A stretch of 64,000 nt of DNA, taken from Candidatus Brocadiia bacterium. GTDB lineage: Bacteria; Planctomycetota; Brocadiia; CAIUPP01. The notes under the pieces were generated by a model, which saw only the letters and a list, made by a program, of their open reading frames with translations, was not told the origin of the DNA and searched no databases. The stretch is from assembly GCA_050015075.1 (NCBI GenBank), contig JBEKCB010000029.1, positions 1 through 64,000 on the forward strand, in the 5' to 3' direction. Both the position numbers and the translations under genes were made by a program. Below are positions 49,176-58,534 of this stretch, one piece after another. Position 1 is the first letter of the stretch. Every line of letters begins with the position of its first letter.

Positions 49176-50012
49176 ATGAAGAAGGCCATTTGCCATTACA
49201 GCTTCCATCGCCGCTGGACGGCGGAAAAGTGGACGGCGGAGCGGCTGGCGGAGGAAGTGAAGGCGCTGGGGATCGAGTGCGTGGACTTTCACGCCGGCAT
49301 GATGGCGCCCGCGGCGACCGCGGTGGAGCGGATCCGGGCGGCGCTCTCCAAGACCGGGCTGACCCTCTCCAGCCTTTCTCTGGGGAACGATTTCAACAAG
49401 GAAAACCCGAAGGAATTCAAGGCGCAGGTGGATGGCGTCAAAGAGTGGATCCGTGTGGCGGCCGAGCTGCGCGCGCCGGTCTCCAGGATTTTCGGCGGGT
49501 CGCTCGGCGAAAAGGAGCGCGGCGATCCCGCCGCGAAGGCGAAGGGCCGGCAGCGCATCCTCGACGGCCTCGGCGCGGTGGTGAAGGAAGCCGAGAAGAA
49601 CGGACTCGTCCTCGCCATCGAGAACCATGGCGGCCTGCCGTGCACGGGCGAAGAGCAGGTGGATGTGATCCGCGCGGTCAACTCTCCGAGCCTCAAGGCG
49701 ACGATTGACGTCGGCAACTATCTCGAGGGCAACCAGGAAGCGGAAGTCGGCACGCGCGTCGCCGCGTCGCAAGCCGGTTACGTTCATTTCAAGGACGTCA
49801 AGAAGATCCCTGACGCCGCCGCGCGGTTCGGCCGGAAACTCGAGGCCTGCGCACTGGGCGAGGGCGGCGTGAATCTGCGCGCCTGCCTCGACGCCTTGAA
49901 GAAAGCCGGCTTCGACGGCGTCGTCGCGCTGGAGTACGAAGGCACCGAGGCTGAAACGACCGGTGTGCCGAAGAGCGTGGCGCACATGAAGAAGGTCATG
50001 AAGGGCTACTGA
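49176..50012 (+). CDS. Sugar phosphate isomerase/epimerase (xylose-isomerase-like TIM barrel)
   Basis: LAIENHGG, DVGN, VHFKD, LEYEG. Confidence 0.85.
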   Translation: MKKAICHYSFHRRWTAEKWTAERLAEEVKALGIECVDFHAGMMAPAATAVERIRAALSKTGLTLSSLSLGNDFNKENPKEFKAQVDGVKEWIRVAAELRAPVSRIFGGSLGEKERGDPAAKAKGRQRILDGLGAVVKEAEKNGLVLAIENHGGLPCTGEEQVDVIRAVNSPSLKATIDVGNYLEGNQEAEVGTRVAASQAGYVHFKDVKKIPDAAARFGRKLEACALGEGGVNLRACLDALKKAGFDGVVALEYEGTEAETTGVPKSVAHMKKVMKGY

Positions 50013-50229
50013 AAAACGTGAATCGCTGACGCGCGGCGCGGGACCGAAGGAGCCGGTCCCGCTGCCGCGCAGCTAATCCCGATCGCACCGAGCGGCAGGG
50101 CGGCGGGCTTCACGCAGGCCGCTCATGGCAGCCGCGGCGCGCCGCCGAAGTCGGGACAGGCGGACTTTAATCGCCAATCATCCCCGGACTTTCATGGCAG
50201 GCGATCAAAAAATCTTTTGCATTTTTCCC

Positions 50230-50257
50230 TTGACAGGGCCGTCCTGTTTGTTAGAAT
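50230..50257 (+). promoter_or_regulatory. Near-consensus sigma70 promoter with no sense-strand gene downstream
   Basis: TTGACA-16 bp-TAGAAT with extended TGn and an AT-rich upstream tract. Confidence 0.5.
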
Positions 50258-50310
50258 GCAACGATAAGCATTTGTTGTAAATGCGAGCGCCGACCTTAAT
50301 ACGCGCTGAT

Positions 50311-50358
50311 CAAAAAACACGCAAGGAAGGTCGGGAAGGGGCGCCCGACCTTCTGCGT
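50311..50358 (-). terminator. Rho-independent terminator downstream of degP
   Basis: Stem GAAGGTCGGG/CCCGACCTTC extended by ACGCA/TGCGT; T-tract on the minus strand (CAAAAAAC on plus). Confidence 0.6.
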
Positions 50359-50373
50359 TATCGCGGCTTGCTC

Positions 50374-50422
50374 GTAGTGTGCCCGTCAGGGCATACGGCG
50401 TAGCGCCTGACGGCGTCACTTC
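50374..50422 (+). repeat. GTAG-type REP palindrome, copy 2
   Basis: GTAGTGTGCCCGTCAGGGCATAC...CGCCTGACGGCGTCACTTC; matches 7443-7491 inverted. Confidence 0.65.
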
Positions 50423-50436
50423 AACCGCCACGCTTC

Positions 50437-51903
50437 CTACTTGTTCGCGAGCACCAGATAGGCTGCGGCTTTGCCGTTCCGGATGCGCAACGGGACCATC
50501 GGCAATGAGCGGGCGGCCTCGACGGCCGCGTTGTATTCCGCCACGTTATGGACTTCCTTGCGGGCGATTTCTTCGATGAGGATGCCGGGCTTGATGCCCG
50601 CCCGTTCCGCCGCCGAGCCTGCGGCAACCCCTGCAACCAGCACGCCCTGGTTCATTTTGTATCCCAACTGTGCGGCGATCTCGGGCGTAAGGTCCTGAAC
50701 GGTGATCCCCAGGAAAGCGGCGGCGGGCGTGGGTTCCTCGCCCTCGCCGCCCAGAGCGACCGCAGTCCGCTCGCCCAGCACCACCTCGACCGTCTGCGCT
50801 TTGCCGTCGCGGACGATTTCGATGGAGACCTTGTCTCCGGGCGTCATGGCCGCGACCGCCTCCAGCACCTCCTCGCGGGCTTTTACGGCGTGCCCGGCGA
50901 CCCGGGTGATGATATCTCCGTTTTTCAAGCCCGCTTTTCCGGCCGGAGAATCGGGGGTGACCTGAGCGATGAGCACGCCTGTCATGCCGGCGGCGCCCAG
51001 CGATTGAGCCAGCTCGGGCGTCAGTTGCTGAATCTGGACGCCGAGGAACCCACGCGTGACTTTGCCCTTCGTCCTCAGCGCGGCGAGCACCTTCTTCGCC
51101 GTGTTGCTGGGAATGGCCATGCCGATTCCGGCGAACGCGCCGCTCGGACTCGTGATCGCATTGGTGATCCCGATGACCTCGCCGTGGATGTTCGCCAGCG
51201 GGCCGCCGCTGTTGCCAGGGTTGATGGCCGCATCAGTTTGAATCAGGTTCTCGTACGTCGCCAGGCCGATGCGCCGGCCCATGGCGCTGACGGTGCCGGT
51301 CGTCACGGTATGGTCCAGGCCGAACGGGTTCCCCACCGCGATCACCCAGTCGCCGACTTCCATCTTGCTCGAGTCGCCGAAGGTGGCGGCCTGGAGCCCG
51401 GTCGCCTCGATCTTGATCAGCGCCAGGTCCGTATCCGGGTCCGCGCCGATCAGCTTGGCATCGTACTCGGCCGGGCCGGCCACGAAGAGCTTGACCGTGA
51501 TCTTGCCCGCGCCGGAGACGACGTGATTGTTCGTCAGAATGTATCCATCCGGATCCACGACGAGGCCGGAGCCGAGCCCGTGCTCGCTGAACTTCCTGGG
51601 GATGTCCTGCCCGAAGAACCGCTTCATGAGATCGTCGCCGAACGGGTTGCCCGGCGTTTGGGCGAACGGCTGCATCGTGACCTCGCGGGTGGTCTCGACG
51701 TGCGCGACGGTCGGCTCGAGCATCTCGCCGACGCGCCGGAAGACTCGCGAGAGGCTCTCGGCGACGGCAAGGTCCTGCGGCGACGCCGGTGCGGGCGGCG
51801 GGTCGCTGCACAAGCCGGCCGACGCCAGGACACCGATCCATAACGCGCAGGCGGCCAGCCCGCCGATGCGATGCGCCTTCCGGTTCGTGTGCTCAATCAT
51901 CAT
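50437..51903 (-). CDS. degP: DegP/HtrA (Do family) serine protease with two PDZ domains
   Basis: LGSG, LTNNHVV, TDLA, QTDAAINPGNSGGPL; start uncertain. Confidence 0.92.
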   Translation of the reverse strand: MMIEHTNRKAHRIGGLAACALWIGVLASAGLCSDPPPAPASPQDLAVAESLSRVFRRVGEMLEPTVAHVETTREVTMQPFAQTPGNPFGDDLMKRFFGQDIPRKFSEHGLGSGLVVDPDGYILTNNHVVSGAGKITVKLFVAGPAEYDAKLIGADPDTDLALIKIEATGLQAATFGDSSKMEVGDWVIAVGNPFGLDHTVTTGTVSAMGRRIGLATYENLIQTDAAINPGNSGGPLANIHGEVIGITNAITSPSGAFAGIGMAIPSNTAKKVLAALRTKGKVTRGFLGVQIQQLTPELAQSLGAAGMTGVLIAQVTPDSPAGKAGLKNGDIITRVAGHAVKAREEVLEAVAAMTPGDKVSIEIVRDGKAQTVEVVLGERTAVALGGEGEEPTPAAAFLGITVQDLTPEIAAQLGYKMNQGVLVAGVAAGSAAERAGIKPGILIEEIARKEVHNVAEYNAAVEAARSLPMVPLRIRNGKAAAYLVLANK

Positions 51904-52048
51904 GACAGCGCTCCTTCCATCGAGGATTGTCTCTGCGGCTTCAGGGGCCGGCGCCCAATGTCCGGAATCATTCCCGAAGGCCCCCATTCGAGGCTACTTC
52001 GGACGGCTGCGTTTGTCAAGGGCATTCCCGAAAAGGCGGGCCGCATGA

Positions 52049-52077
52049 TTGACATCGGTCCGCAATCCACCTAAACT
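52049..52077 (+). promoter_or_regulatory. sigma70-like promoter of glgB
   Basis: TTGACA-17 bp-TAAACT followed by RBS AGGAGG. Confidence 0.6.
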
Positions 52078-52103
52078 GAATTCTTAAGGAGGGCGCTGAT
52101 ACG

Positions 52104-54008
52104 ATGCCGCCGCAGGGAATGACGCTGCTTTCCGACTTCGACCTGCACCTGTTCAACGAGGGCCGGCACTACCGGCTCTACGAGAAACTCGGCGCGCACC
52201 CGGTGAAGGTCGCCGGCGTCAGCGGAACCTATTTCGCCGTCTGGGCGCCGAACGCGAACTACGTCGCCGTCATCGGCGACTTCAACGGCTGGAACACCGG
52301 CAGCCATCCGCTCCAGGCGCGCGCGCAATCGGGAATCTGGGAAGGCTTCATCCCCGGCGTCGGCCGCGGCGCGGTCTACAAGTTCCACATCGGTTCGCAC
52401 AACCGCGGCTATCGCGTGGACAAGGTGGACCCGTTCGGCCTCTACAGCCTGCCTCCGCCGGAGACCGGATCGGTGATCTGGGACCTGGACTACGCGTGGG
52501 CGGACGGCGACTGGATGGCGAAGCGGCCGCAGAACAACGGCCTGCACGCGCCGATGACGATCTACGAGGTCCACCTCGGCTCCTGGAAGCGCAGGCCCGA
52601 AGAGGGCCATCGGTCGCTGACCTACCTCGAACTGGCCGATGAGCTGCCGGCGTACCTCCAGAGCATGGGATTCTCGCACGCGGAATTCATGCCGATCATG
52701 GAGCATCCGTTCTACGGCTCCTGGGGCTACCAGGTCGTGGGATATTTCGCCCCGACGAGCCGCTACGGCACGCCGCAGGAGCTGATGACGCTCATTGACC
52801 GGCTCCACCAGCACGGCATCGGCGTGATCCTCGACTGGGTGCCTTCGCACTTCACCACCGACGTCCACGGGCTGGCGTACTTCGACGGCACGCACCTCTA
52901 CGAGCACGCCGACGTCCGCCAGGGGCTGCACCCGGAATGGAACAGCCTGCTCTTCAACTACGGCCGGAACGAAGTGCAGAGCTTTCTCGTCAGCAACGCG
53001 CTCTTCTGGCTGGAGAAATACCACGCCGACGGGCTGCGCGTGGACGCTGTGGCCTCGATGCTGTACCTCGACTACGCGCGGACGGAGGGCGGCTGGATCC
53101 CGAACGCGCACGGCGGCCGGGAGAACCTCGACGCCATCTCCTTCATCCGCCACCTGAACGAGGAATCCTACGCGCGGCACCCGGACGCGGAGATCATCGC
53201 GGAAGAGTCCACCGCGTGGCCGCTCGTCACGCGGCCGACCTACGTCGGCGGGCTCGGCTTCGGCCTCAAATGGGACATGGGCTGGATGCACGACACGCTC
53301 CGCTACATGTCCAAGGACCCGGTCTACCGCAAGTACCAGCACAACGACCTCACGTTCCGGCTGCTCTACGCCTTCAACGAGAACTTCGTCCTGCCGCTCT
53401 CGCACGACGAAGTGGTGCACGGGAAAGGCTCGCTTCTCGGAAAGATGTCCGGCGACGACTGGCAGAAATTCGCGAACCTCCGCGCGCTCTACGGCTACAT
53501 GTACGCGCAGCCGGGCAAGAAGCTGATCTTCATGGGCGGCGAGTTCGCCCAGTGGCGCGAGTGGCACCACGACGAGAGCCTCGACTGGCATTTGCTCCAG
53601 TACGCCCCGCACCAGGGCATGAGCAACTGGGTGCGCGACCTGAACCAGTTCTACCGGAACGAGCGCTCGATGTACGAACTCGAGTTCACGTATGACGGCT
53701 TCGAGTGGGTGGACTGCAACGACGCCGACAACAGCGTCATCAGCCTGATCCGCAAAGCGCGCACGACCAGCCGCGTCACGCTGGTCGTCATGAACTTCAC
53801 GCCGATGCCGCACTACAACTATCGAATCGGCGTGCCCTGGGGCGGAATCTGGCGCGAGGCCCTCAACAGCGACGCGAAGGACTACGGCGGAAGCGGGCTC
53901 GGCAACGCCGGCTCCGTCGAGGCCGAAGCCATCCCGCAGCACGGCCGCCCGTACTCGCTCTCCATCACACTCCCGCCGCTGGCCGCCCTCTACTTCACCG
54001 CCGGCTGA
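52104..54008 (+). CDS. glgB: 1,4-alpha-glucan branching enzyme
   Basis: FAVWAPNA, IYEVHLGSW, SWGYQ, GLRVDAVASMLY, AEESTAW, LSHDEVVHGK. Confidence 0.96.
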   Translation: MPPQGMTLLSDFDLHLFNEGRHYRLYEKLGAHPVKVAGVSGTYFAVWAPNANYVAVIGDFNGWNTGSHPLQARAQSGIWEGFIPGVGRGAVYKFHIGSHNRGYRVDKVDPFGLYSLPPPETGSVIWDLDYAWADGDWMAKRPQNNGLHAPMTIYEVHLGSWKRRPEEGHRSLTYLELADELPAYLQSMGFSHAEFMPIMEHPFYGSWGYQVVGYFAPTSRYGTPQELMTLIDRLHQHGIGVILDWVPSHFTTDVHGLAYFDGTHLYEHADVRQGLHPEWNSLLFNYGRNEVQSFLVSNALFWLEKYHADGLRVDAVASMLYLDYARTEGGWIPNAHGGRENLDAISFIRHLNEESYARHPDAEIIAEESTAWPLVTRPTYVGGLGFGLKWDMGWMHDTLRYMSKDPVYRKYQHNDLTFRLLYAFNENFVLPLSHDEVVHGKGSLLGKMSGDDWQKFANLRALYGYMYAQPGKKLIFMGGEFAQWREWHHDESLDWHLLQYAPHQGMSNWVRDLNQFYRNERSMYELEFTYDGFEWVDCNDADNSVISLIRKARTTSRVTLVVMNFTPMPHYNYRIGVPWGGIWREALNSDAKDYGGSGLGNAGSVEAEAIPQHGRPYSLSITLPPLAALYFTAG

Positions 54009-54233
54009 GCCGCCAGTATCTGTCTCATATTGCAACAGTAATACAACGCACTATCGCACAGCATGTTGCAACGCGCCGGGTTCGTTTTTTCAAATGGTCT
54101 TTACCATAACGAAAGCTCTCTCGCCAAGCCGCCAAGAACAAAATAATCAGTGTCTTTCGTTCTTTGCGCTCTTTGCGTCTTTGCGAGAGAACTTCTTTCA
54201 TTTATGAACGTCAATAGCAACTATCCAGCCGCC

Positions 54234-54372
54234 ATTATAACATGTGATTTTCGGTGCGGAGCAGTCGAGGAAAAGTGAGTGCGCTTCGCAGCGGGTTCAG
54301 TGCGCTTGGGAGCGGTATAAGTGCGCTTCGCAGCGGTTTCAGTGCGCTTTTTTCAGTGAGCCGGACTTGACA
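54234..54372 (+). repeat. Dispersed phased-repeat element, copy D
   Basis: ATTATAA...three 21-bp units AGTGCGCTTNGNAGCGGNNTN, then AGTGCGCTTTTTT...TTGACA; lacks the 10-bp half-unit. Confidence 0.85.
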
Positions 54373-54399
54373 GCAGCTCCAGTAAAGAGCCGCGCGCAA

Positions 54400-54527
54400 T
54401 CGTACTCGTCCTCGTCGTCGTCCTCGTCCTCGAATTTCCGTTCCGAACGGCCGAGGACGAGGCCGAGGACGAGGACGAGGAAAAGCGTGAGCCCGAGGAC
54501 GAGGAAAAGCGCGCGGACGAGGACGAT
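54400..54527. repeat. Hairpin element with 6-nt-period arms (CTCGTC / GACGAG)
   Basis: TCGTACTCGTCCTCGTCGTCGTCCTCGTCCTCG ... CGAGGACGAGGCCGAGGACGAGGACGAGG. Confidence 0.7.
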
Positions 54528-54541
54528 GAACTGCAACTCGC

Positions 54542-55093
54542 CTACGCGGACCGCCCGCCGAGCTCCTCGCCCTTGTGGAACGCGCGGCGGTTGATGTCGA
54601 GGAGGTGTGCCTTGCCCTTGCCCATTTGCTCCATCTCGTCGAGCACGGCGGTTGAGGAAACGACTTTCCGCGCGGCGCAGTACGCGCCGAGCATGATGAC
54701 GTTCGTCACGAGCACCGATCCGATTTCGTTCGCCGCCTCCGTCGCCGGGATCCGCAGACACCGGCCGCGCGCGGCGCGCTCCAACGCCGGGTCGGTCTCC
54801 GCCAGCGAGGAATTCAGCAGCAGCAGCCCGCCGTCGCCGAGCTGTTTCCGGAACTTGTCGTACGAAAGCTGGTTGAAGAGGAACAGCGCGCTCGCCTCCT
54901 CGACCGAGGGCGAGTAGATCGGCTCGTCGGAGATCACGATGTGGCAGTACGCGGTGCCGCCGCGGACCTCCGCGCCGTAGCAGGGGAAGTAACTCACCTC
55001 GCGGCCCTCGCGCATCGCGGCGGCGACGAGCAGCTTGCCCATCGTCATCACGCCCTGGCCGCCGAACCCCGCGATAATCACCCGTTCCGTCAC
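54542..55093 (-). CDS. 2-oxoacid:acceptor oxidoreductase gamma subunit
   Basis: IAGFGGQGV, YGAEVRGGTA, NVIMLGA; GTGA overlap with the beta gene. Confidence 0.92.
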   Translation of the reverse strand: MTERVIIAGFGGQGVMTMGKLLVAAAMREGREVSYFPCYGAEVRGGTAYCHIVISDEPIYSPSVEEASALFLFNQLSYDKFRKQLGDGGLLLLNSSLAETDPALERAARGRCLRIPATEAANEIGSVLVTNVIMLGAYCAARKVVSSTAVLDEMEQMGKGKAHLLDINRRAFHKGEELGGRSA

Positions 55094-55839
55094 GGCTTCG
55101 TCGCGCTCCAATCCTTGATGATCCCGAGCGGGAACGTCTTGACCATCTCCTTCTCGATGAACTCCATCGCCTCCGTCGGAGGCATCCGCCAGTAGGTCGT
55201 GCAGGGGCTGAGGATTTCCACGAGGCTGAAGCCCTTCTTCTGGTCCTGCGTGTCGAAGGCGCGCTCGATCAGCCGCTTCGTCTCGCGGACGCGCTTGGGC
55301 GAGGTGATCGTCGTGCGCGCCAGGAACGCCGTCCGCTCGAGCGTGCTGAGGAGTTCGCAGACGCGGATCGGGCAGCCCTCCGTCAGCGGGTTGCGGCCGA
55401 GCGGCGACGTCGAGGTCTTCATGTTCACCAGCGTCGTCGGCGCCATCTGGCCGCTGGTCATTCCGTAGACGGCGTTGTTGATGAAGATGATGGTGAAGTT
55501 CTCGCCGCGGTTGGCGGCGTGGATCGTCTCGGCCATGCCGATGGCGGCAAGGTCGCCGTCGCCCTGGTAGGTGAACACGAACTTGTCCGGGTGCGCGCGC
55601 TTGATGCCCGTGGCCACCGCCGGAGTCCTGCCGTGCGCGGCCTCGGTCATGTCAATGTCCAGGTAATCGTACGCGATCACCGCGCAGCCGACCGGCGCGA
55701 CGCCGATGGTCCGCGCCCGCATCCCGCGCTCGTCGAGAATTTCCGCAATGATCCGGTGCGCGATGCCGTGGCCGCAGCCGGGGCAGTAATGCGTCTGCGC
55801 CGGGAGCAGCGTCTTCGGACGGTGATACGATTTCGCCAT
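55090..55839 (-). CDS. 2-oxoacid:acceptor oxidoreductase beta (TPP-binding) subunit
   Basis: HYCPGCGHG, YQGDGDLAAIG, NNAVYGMTSGQMAPTT. Confidence 0.93.
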   Translation of the reverse strand: MAKSYHRPKTLLPAQTHYCPGCGHGIAHRIIAEILDERGMRARTIGVAPVGCAVIAYDYLDIDMTEAAHGRTPAVATGIKRAHPDKFVFTYQGDGDLAAIGMAETIHAANRGENFTIIFINNAVYGMTSGQMAPTTLVNMKTSTSPLGRNPLTEGCPIRVCELLSTLERTAFLARTTITSPKRVRETKRLIERAFDTQDQKKGFSLVEILSPCTTYWRMPPTEAMEFIEKEMVKTFPLGIIKDWSATKP

Positions 55840-55876
55840 CAAAACTTCCTAAACGTTCGGAACTACAGATGTTCGG

Positions 55877-56016
55877 AACCACAGATGTACACAGATGACC
55901 ACGGATACGGATTTATGGGAAGCAGGAAATACGGATTGTTTTGCTACGCCACTTTCATTCTTTGTCTTCTTCCCATCAAACTTTTTATCTGTGTACATCT
56001 GTGTTCATCTGTGGTT
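55877..56016. repeat. Hairpin element with 9-10-nt-period arms inside the oxidoreductase operon
   Basis: AACCACAGATGTACACAGATGACCACGGAT ... ATCTGTGTACATCTGTGTTCATCTGTGGTT. Confidence 0.8.
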
Positions 56017-56038
56017 AAAATTTTCCTTCTTTCGCTTT

Positions 56039-57100
56039 TTACGAAACGTGCGCCAGCGACTCGGCGGCTTGGAGCACTTCGGTTGTGGTCGGGGCGCCGC
56101 CGCCGCTGCGGCCGACGAAACCGACCGGCGCGCGGCCCTCGACGGCCAGGCGCACGTCCTCGACCATCTGCCCGGCGCTCATCTCGACGACGAGGAATTT
56201 TTTGCCGCGCTCCGCCCAGCGGCGGATGGCCTCTTCGGGGAACGGCCAGAGCGTGATCGGGCGGATGAGGCCCAGCTTCAGCCCGCGCTTCTTCGCCATC
56301 CGCGCCGTCTCCAGCGACAGGCGCGCCGACGTGCCGTACGCAACGAGGAGGACGTCCGCCTCGTCCGCATCGCGCTCGTCGTAGCGGACTTCGCGCCGGC
56401 GGATCAACTCGAATTTCGCCTGGAGGTGTTTGCAATGCTCCGCCAGCACGCCGGCCGGCAGGTAGAACGACCGGACGATCCGCCGCGGCCGCCCGTCGGC
56501 CCCCGTCAGCGCAAAATCCTTCGGCGGCAGCTCTCGATGCGGCGGCGCGCGGAATGAGCAGGGCTCCATCATCTGGCCGATCTGCCCGTCCGCGAGCACC
56601 ATCACCGGCGTGCGGTAGAGATCGCCCAGGTCGAACGCCAGCATCACGAGCTCCGCGAACTCGTCCACGCTGTACGGCGCGAGCACGATGATCCGGTAAT
56701 CGCCGTGCCCGCCGCCTTTCGTTGCCTGGAAGTAGTCGCCCTGCGAAGGCTCGATGTTTCCGAGTCCCGGCCCGCCGCGCATCACGTTGACGATGACCAC
56801 GGGCAGCTCGGCCCCGGCGCAATAGCTGATCCCTTCCTGCTTGAGGCTGATGCCGGGACTGGAGGAGGAAGTCATCGTGCGCTGGCCGGCCGCCGCCGTG
56901 CCGAAGCACATGTTGATGGCCGCCAGTTCGCTCTCGGCCTGGATGAACACGCCGCCCGCTTCCGGCATGTGGTGGGCCATATAGGCGGTCAGCTCGTTCT
57001 GCGGCGTGATGGGATAGCCGTAGTAGTAGCGGCACCCGGCGCGGATCGCCGCCTCGCCCGCCGCTTCATTGCCCGTGATCAGGATGCGTTCTTCCGGCAC
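56039..57100 (-). CDS. vorB: 2-oxoacid:ferredoxin oxidoreductase alpha subunit (VorB-like)
   Basis: GNEA, GYPITPQ, QAESE, TSSSSPGISLKQE, RGGPGLG, VEMSAGQM; GTG start at 57100 inferred. Confidence 0.88.
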   Translation of the reverse strand: MPEERILITGNEAAGEAAIRAGCRYYYGYPITPQNELTAYMAHHMPEAGGVFIQAESELAAINMCFGTAAAGQRTMTSSSSPGISLKQEGISYCAGAELPVVIVNVMRGGPGLGNIEPSQGDYFQATKGGGHGDYRIIVLAPYSVDEFAELVMLAFDLGDLYRTPVMVLADGQIGQMMEPCSFRAPPHRELPPKDFALTGADGRPRRIVRSFYLPAGVLAEHCKHLQAKFELIRRREVRYDERDADEADVLLVAYGTSARLSLETARMAKKRGLKLGLIRPITLWPFPEEAIRRWAERGKKFLVVEMSAGQMVEDVRLAVEGRAPVGFVGRSGGGAPTTTEVLQAAESLAHVS

Positions 57101-57186
57101 GGATATCCTGCTCCGCTTTTTGCGCCTCGTCGCGAAAGCTCCGCCGCGAATCCGAGAGCATAACGGCGCGCGACGGCGCAATTATA

Positions 57187-58326
57187 TCAGCGCTCTCTTT
57201 GCCCTGCAAACCCTCGGCCGGTTGAGCCGCTTCCGGAGGTCATCCGCAATACGGCGATGACTTTGCGATTGGCGCTGGGGAAGGCGTAACGGTCCAATTC
57301 CTCCGGCCTCACCCAGCGCCATTCGGCGCAGCCGAGCGCGCGCGGGACTCCGGAGACGTACCGGCATTCGTAAACGTGCAGGGTGATCCGGAAGTGCGTG
57401 TAGGCGTGCGGGACGGACATGAGCGGGCGAACGACTTTCACGCGGATGCCGAGTTCCTCGCGGATTTCGCGCATCAGGCAGCGTTCGAGCGATTCATCCT
57501 CTTTTCGCTTGCCGCCGGGGAATTCCCACAGGCCGCCGAGCAATCCTTCCGGCTTCCGCCGGTCAATCAGCAGGCGTTTCCCGCGCCGGATCACGCCCAC
57601 CGCGACATCGTAATGAGGAGATGGTTTTCGCTTCGTCTTCACGGGCAGCTTGTCCTGCTCTCCGTGCGCTTTGGCAAGGCACAACGCCGCGAGCGGGCAG
57701 ATGGCGCAGCGCGGATTTCGCGGGACGCAGACCGTCGCGCCGAGGTCCATGAGCGCCTGGTTGAAATCGCCGGCATCACCGGGCGGGAGCAGTTCTTGCG
57801 CGATGTCCCAGAGGTTCCTCTGCGTCCGGCTCTCGCGCGGATTCCGGCGGATGCGGAACACGCGGCAGAGGACGCGCGCGACGTTGCCGTCGAGTACCGG
57901 CGCGTCGCGGCGGAAGGCGATGCTGCTGATCGCTCCGGCGGTGGACCGGCCGATGCCCGGCAGCTTCACCAGCTCCTCCGGCGATTCGGGCAATCGGCCG
58001 CCGAAATCCGATGAAATGATCTTCGCCGCGCGGTGCAGGTTGCGCGCGCGGGCGTAATAGCCGAGCCCTTCCCACGCCTTCATCACCGCGTCGGACGGCG
58101 CCCTGGCGAGGGCGCGCACGGACGGGAACCGGCGCAGGAAGCGCCGGAAATACGGCTTGACCGTCTCCACCTGCGTCTGTTGCAGCATGATCTCCGAGAC
58201 CCAGACGCGGTACGGATCGCTCGAGCGCCGCCACGGCAGGTTGCGCCGGCGGCGACCGTACCATTTCAGGAGCGCGCGCCGGATAGTCCGGCGGATTTTC
58301 GGTTCCACTTCAAGCCACCTTTTCAA
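57187..58326 (-). CDS. mutY: A/G-specific adenine glycosylase
   Basis: WVSEIMLQQTQV, WEGLGYYARARNLH, LPGIGRSTAGAI, Fe-S motif C-X6-C-X2-C-X5-C, NUDIX-like tail. Confidence 0.96.
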   Translation of the reverse strand: MKRWLEVEPKIRRTIRRALLKWYGRRRRNLPWRRSSDPYRVWVSEIMLQQTQVETVKPYFRRFLRRFPSVRALARAPSDAVMKAWEGLGYYARARNLHRAAKIISSDFGGRLPESPEELVKLPGIGRSTAGAISSIAFRRDAPVLDGNVARVLCRVFRIRRNPRESRTQRNLWDIAQELLPPGDAGDFNQALMDLGATVCVPRNPRCAICPLAALCLAKAHGEQDKLPVKTKRKPSPHYDVAVGVIRRGKRLLIDRRKPEGLLGGLWEFPGGKRKEDESLERCLMREIREELGIRVKVVRPLMSVPHAYTHFRITLHVYECRYVSGVPRALGCAEWRWVRPEELDRYAFPSANRKVIAVLRMTSGSGSTGRGFAGQRER

Positions 58327-58403
58327 TGTCGCCTGGCGGCGAGACTGCGACTATGAAATAATAACATGAACGCGATTTAACGAGAAGGACGACAGAGGCT
58401 TGG

Positions 58404-58488
58404 AACCGCCGATGGACGCAGATGAACGCAGATAAGAAAAAGAAAATATTCAGTTCGTATCGGCGTTCATCTGCGTTCATCGGCGGTT
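58404..58488. repeat. Hairpin element with 10-nt-period arms
   Basis: AACCGCCGATGGACGCAGATGAACGCAGATA ... TATCGGCGTTCATCTGCGTTCATCGGCGGTT. Confidence 0.8.
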
Positions 58489-58534
58489 CAATATATCTTT
58501 TGTGTGATTATTGGTTATGCAATCAGCAGGGAAA

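Noticed and set aside
54244-54761. Short ORFs with RTRPRT or EDEDDD runs
   Set aside because: These are translations of the phased element and the 6-mer hairpin, not credible proteins.
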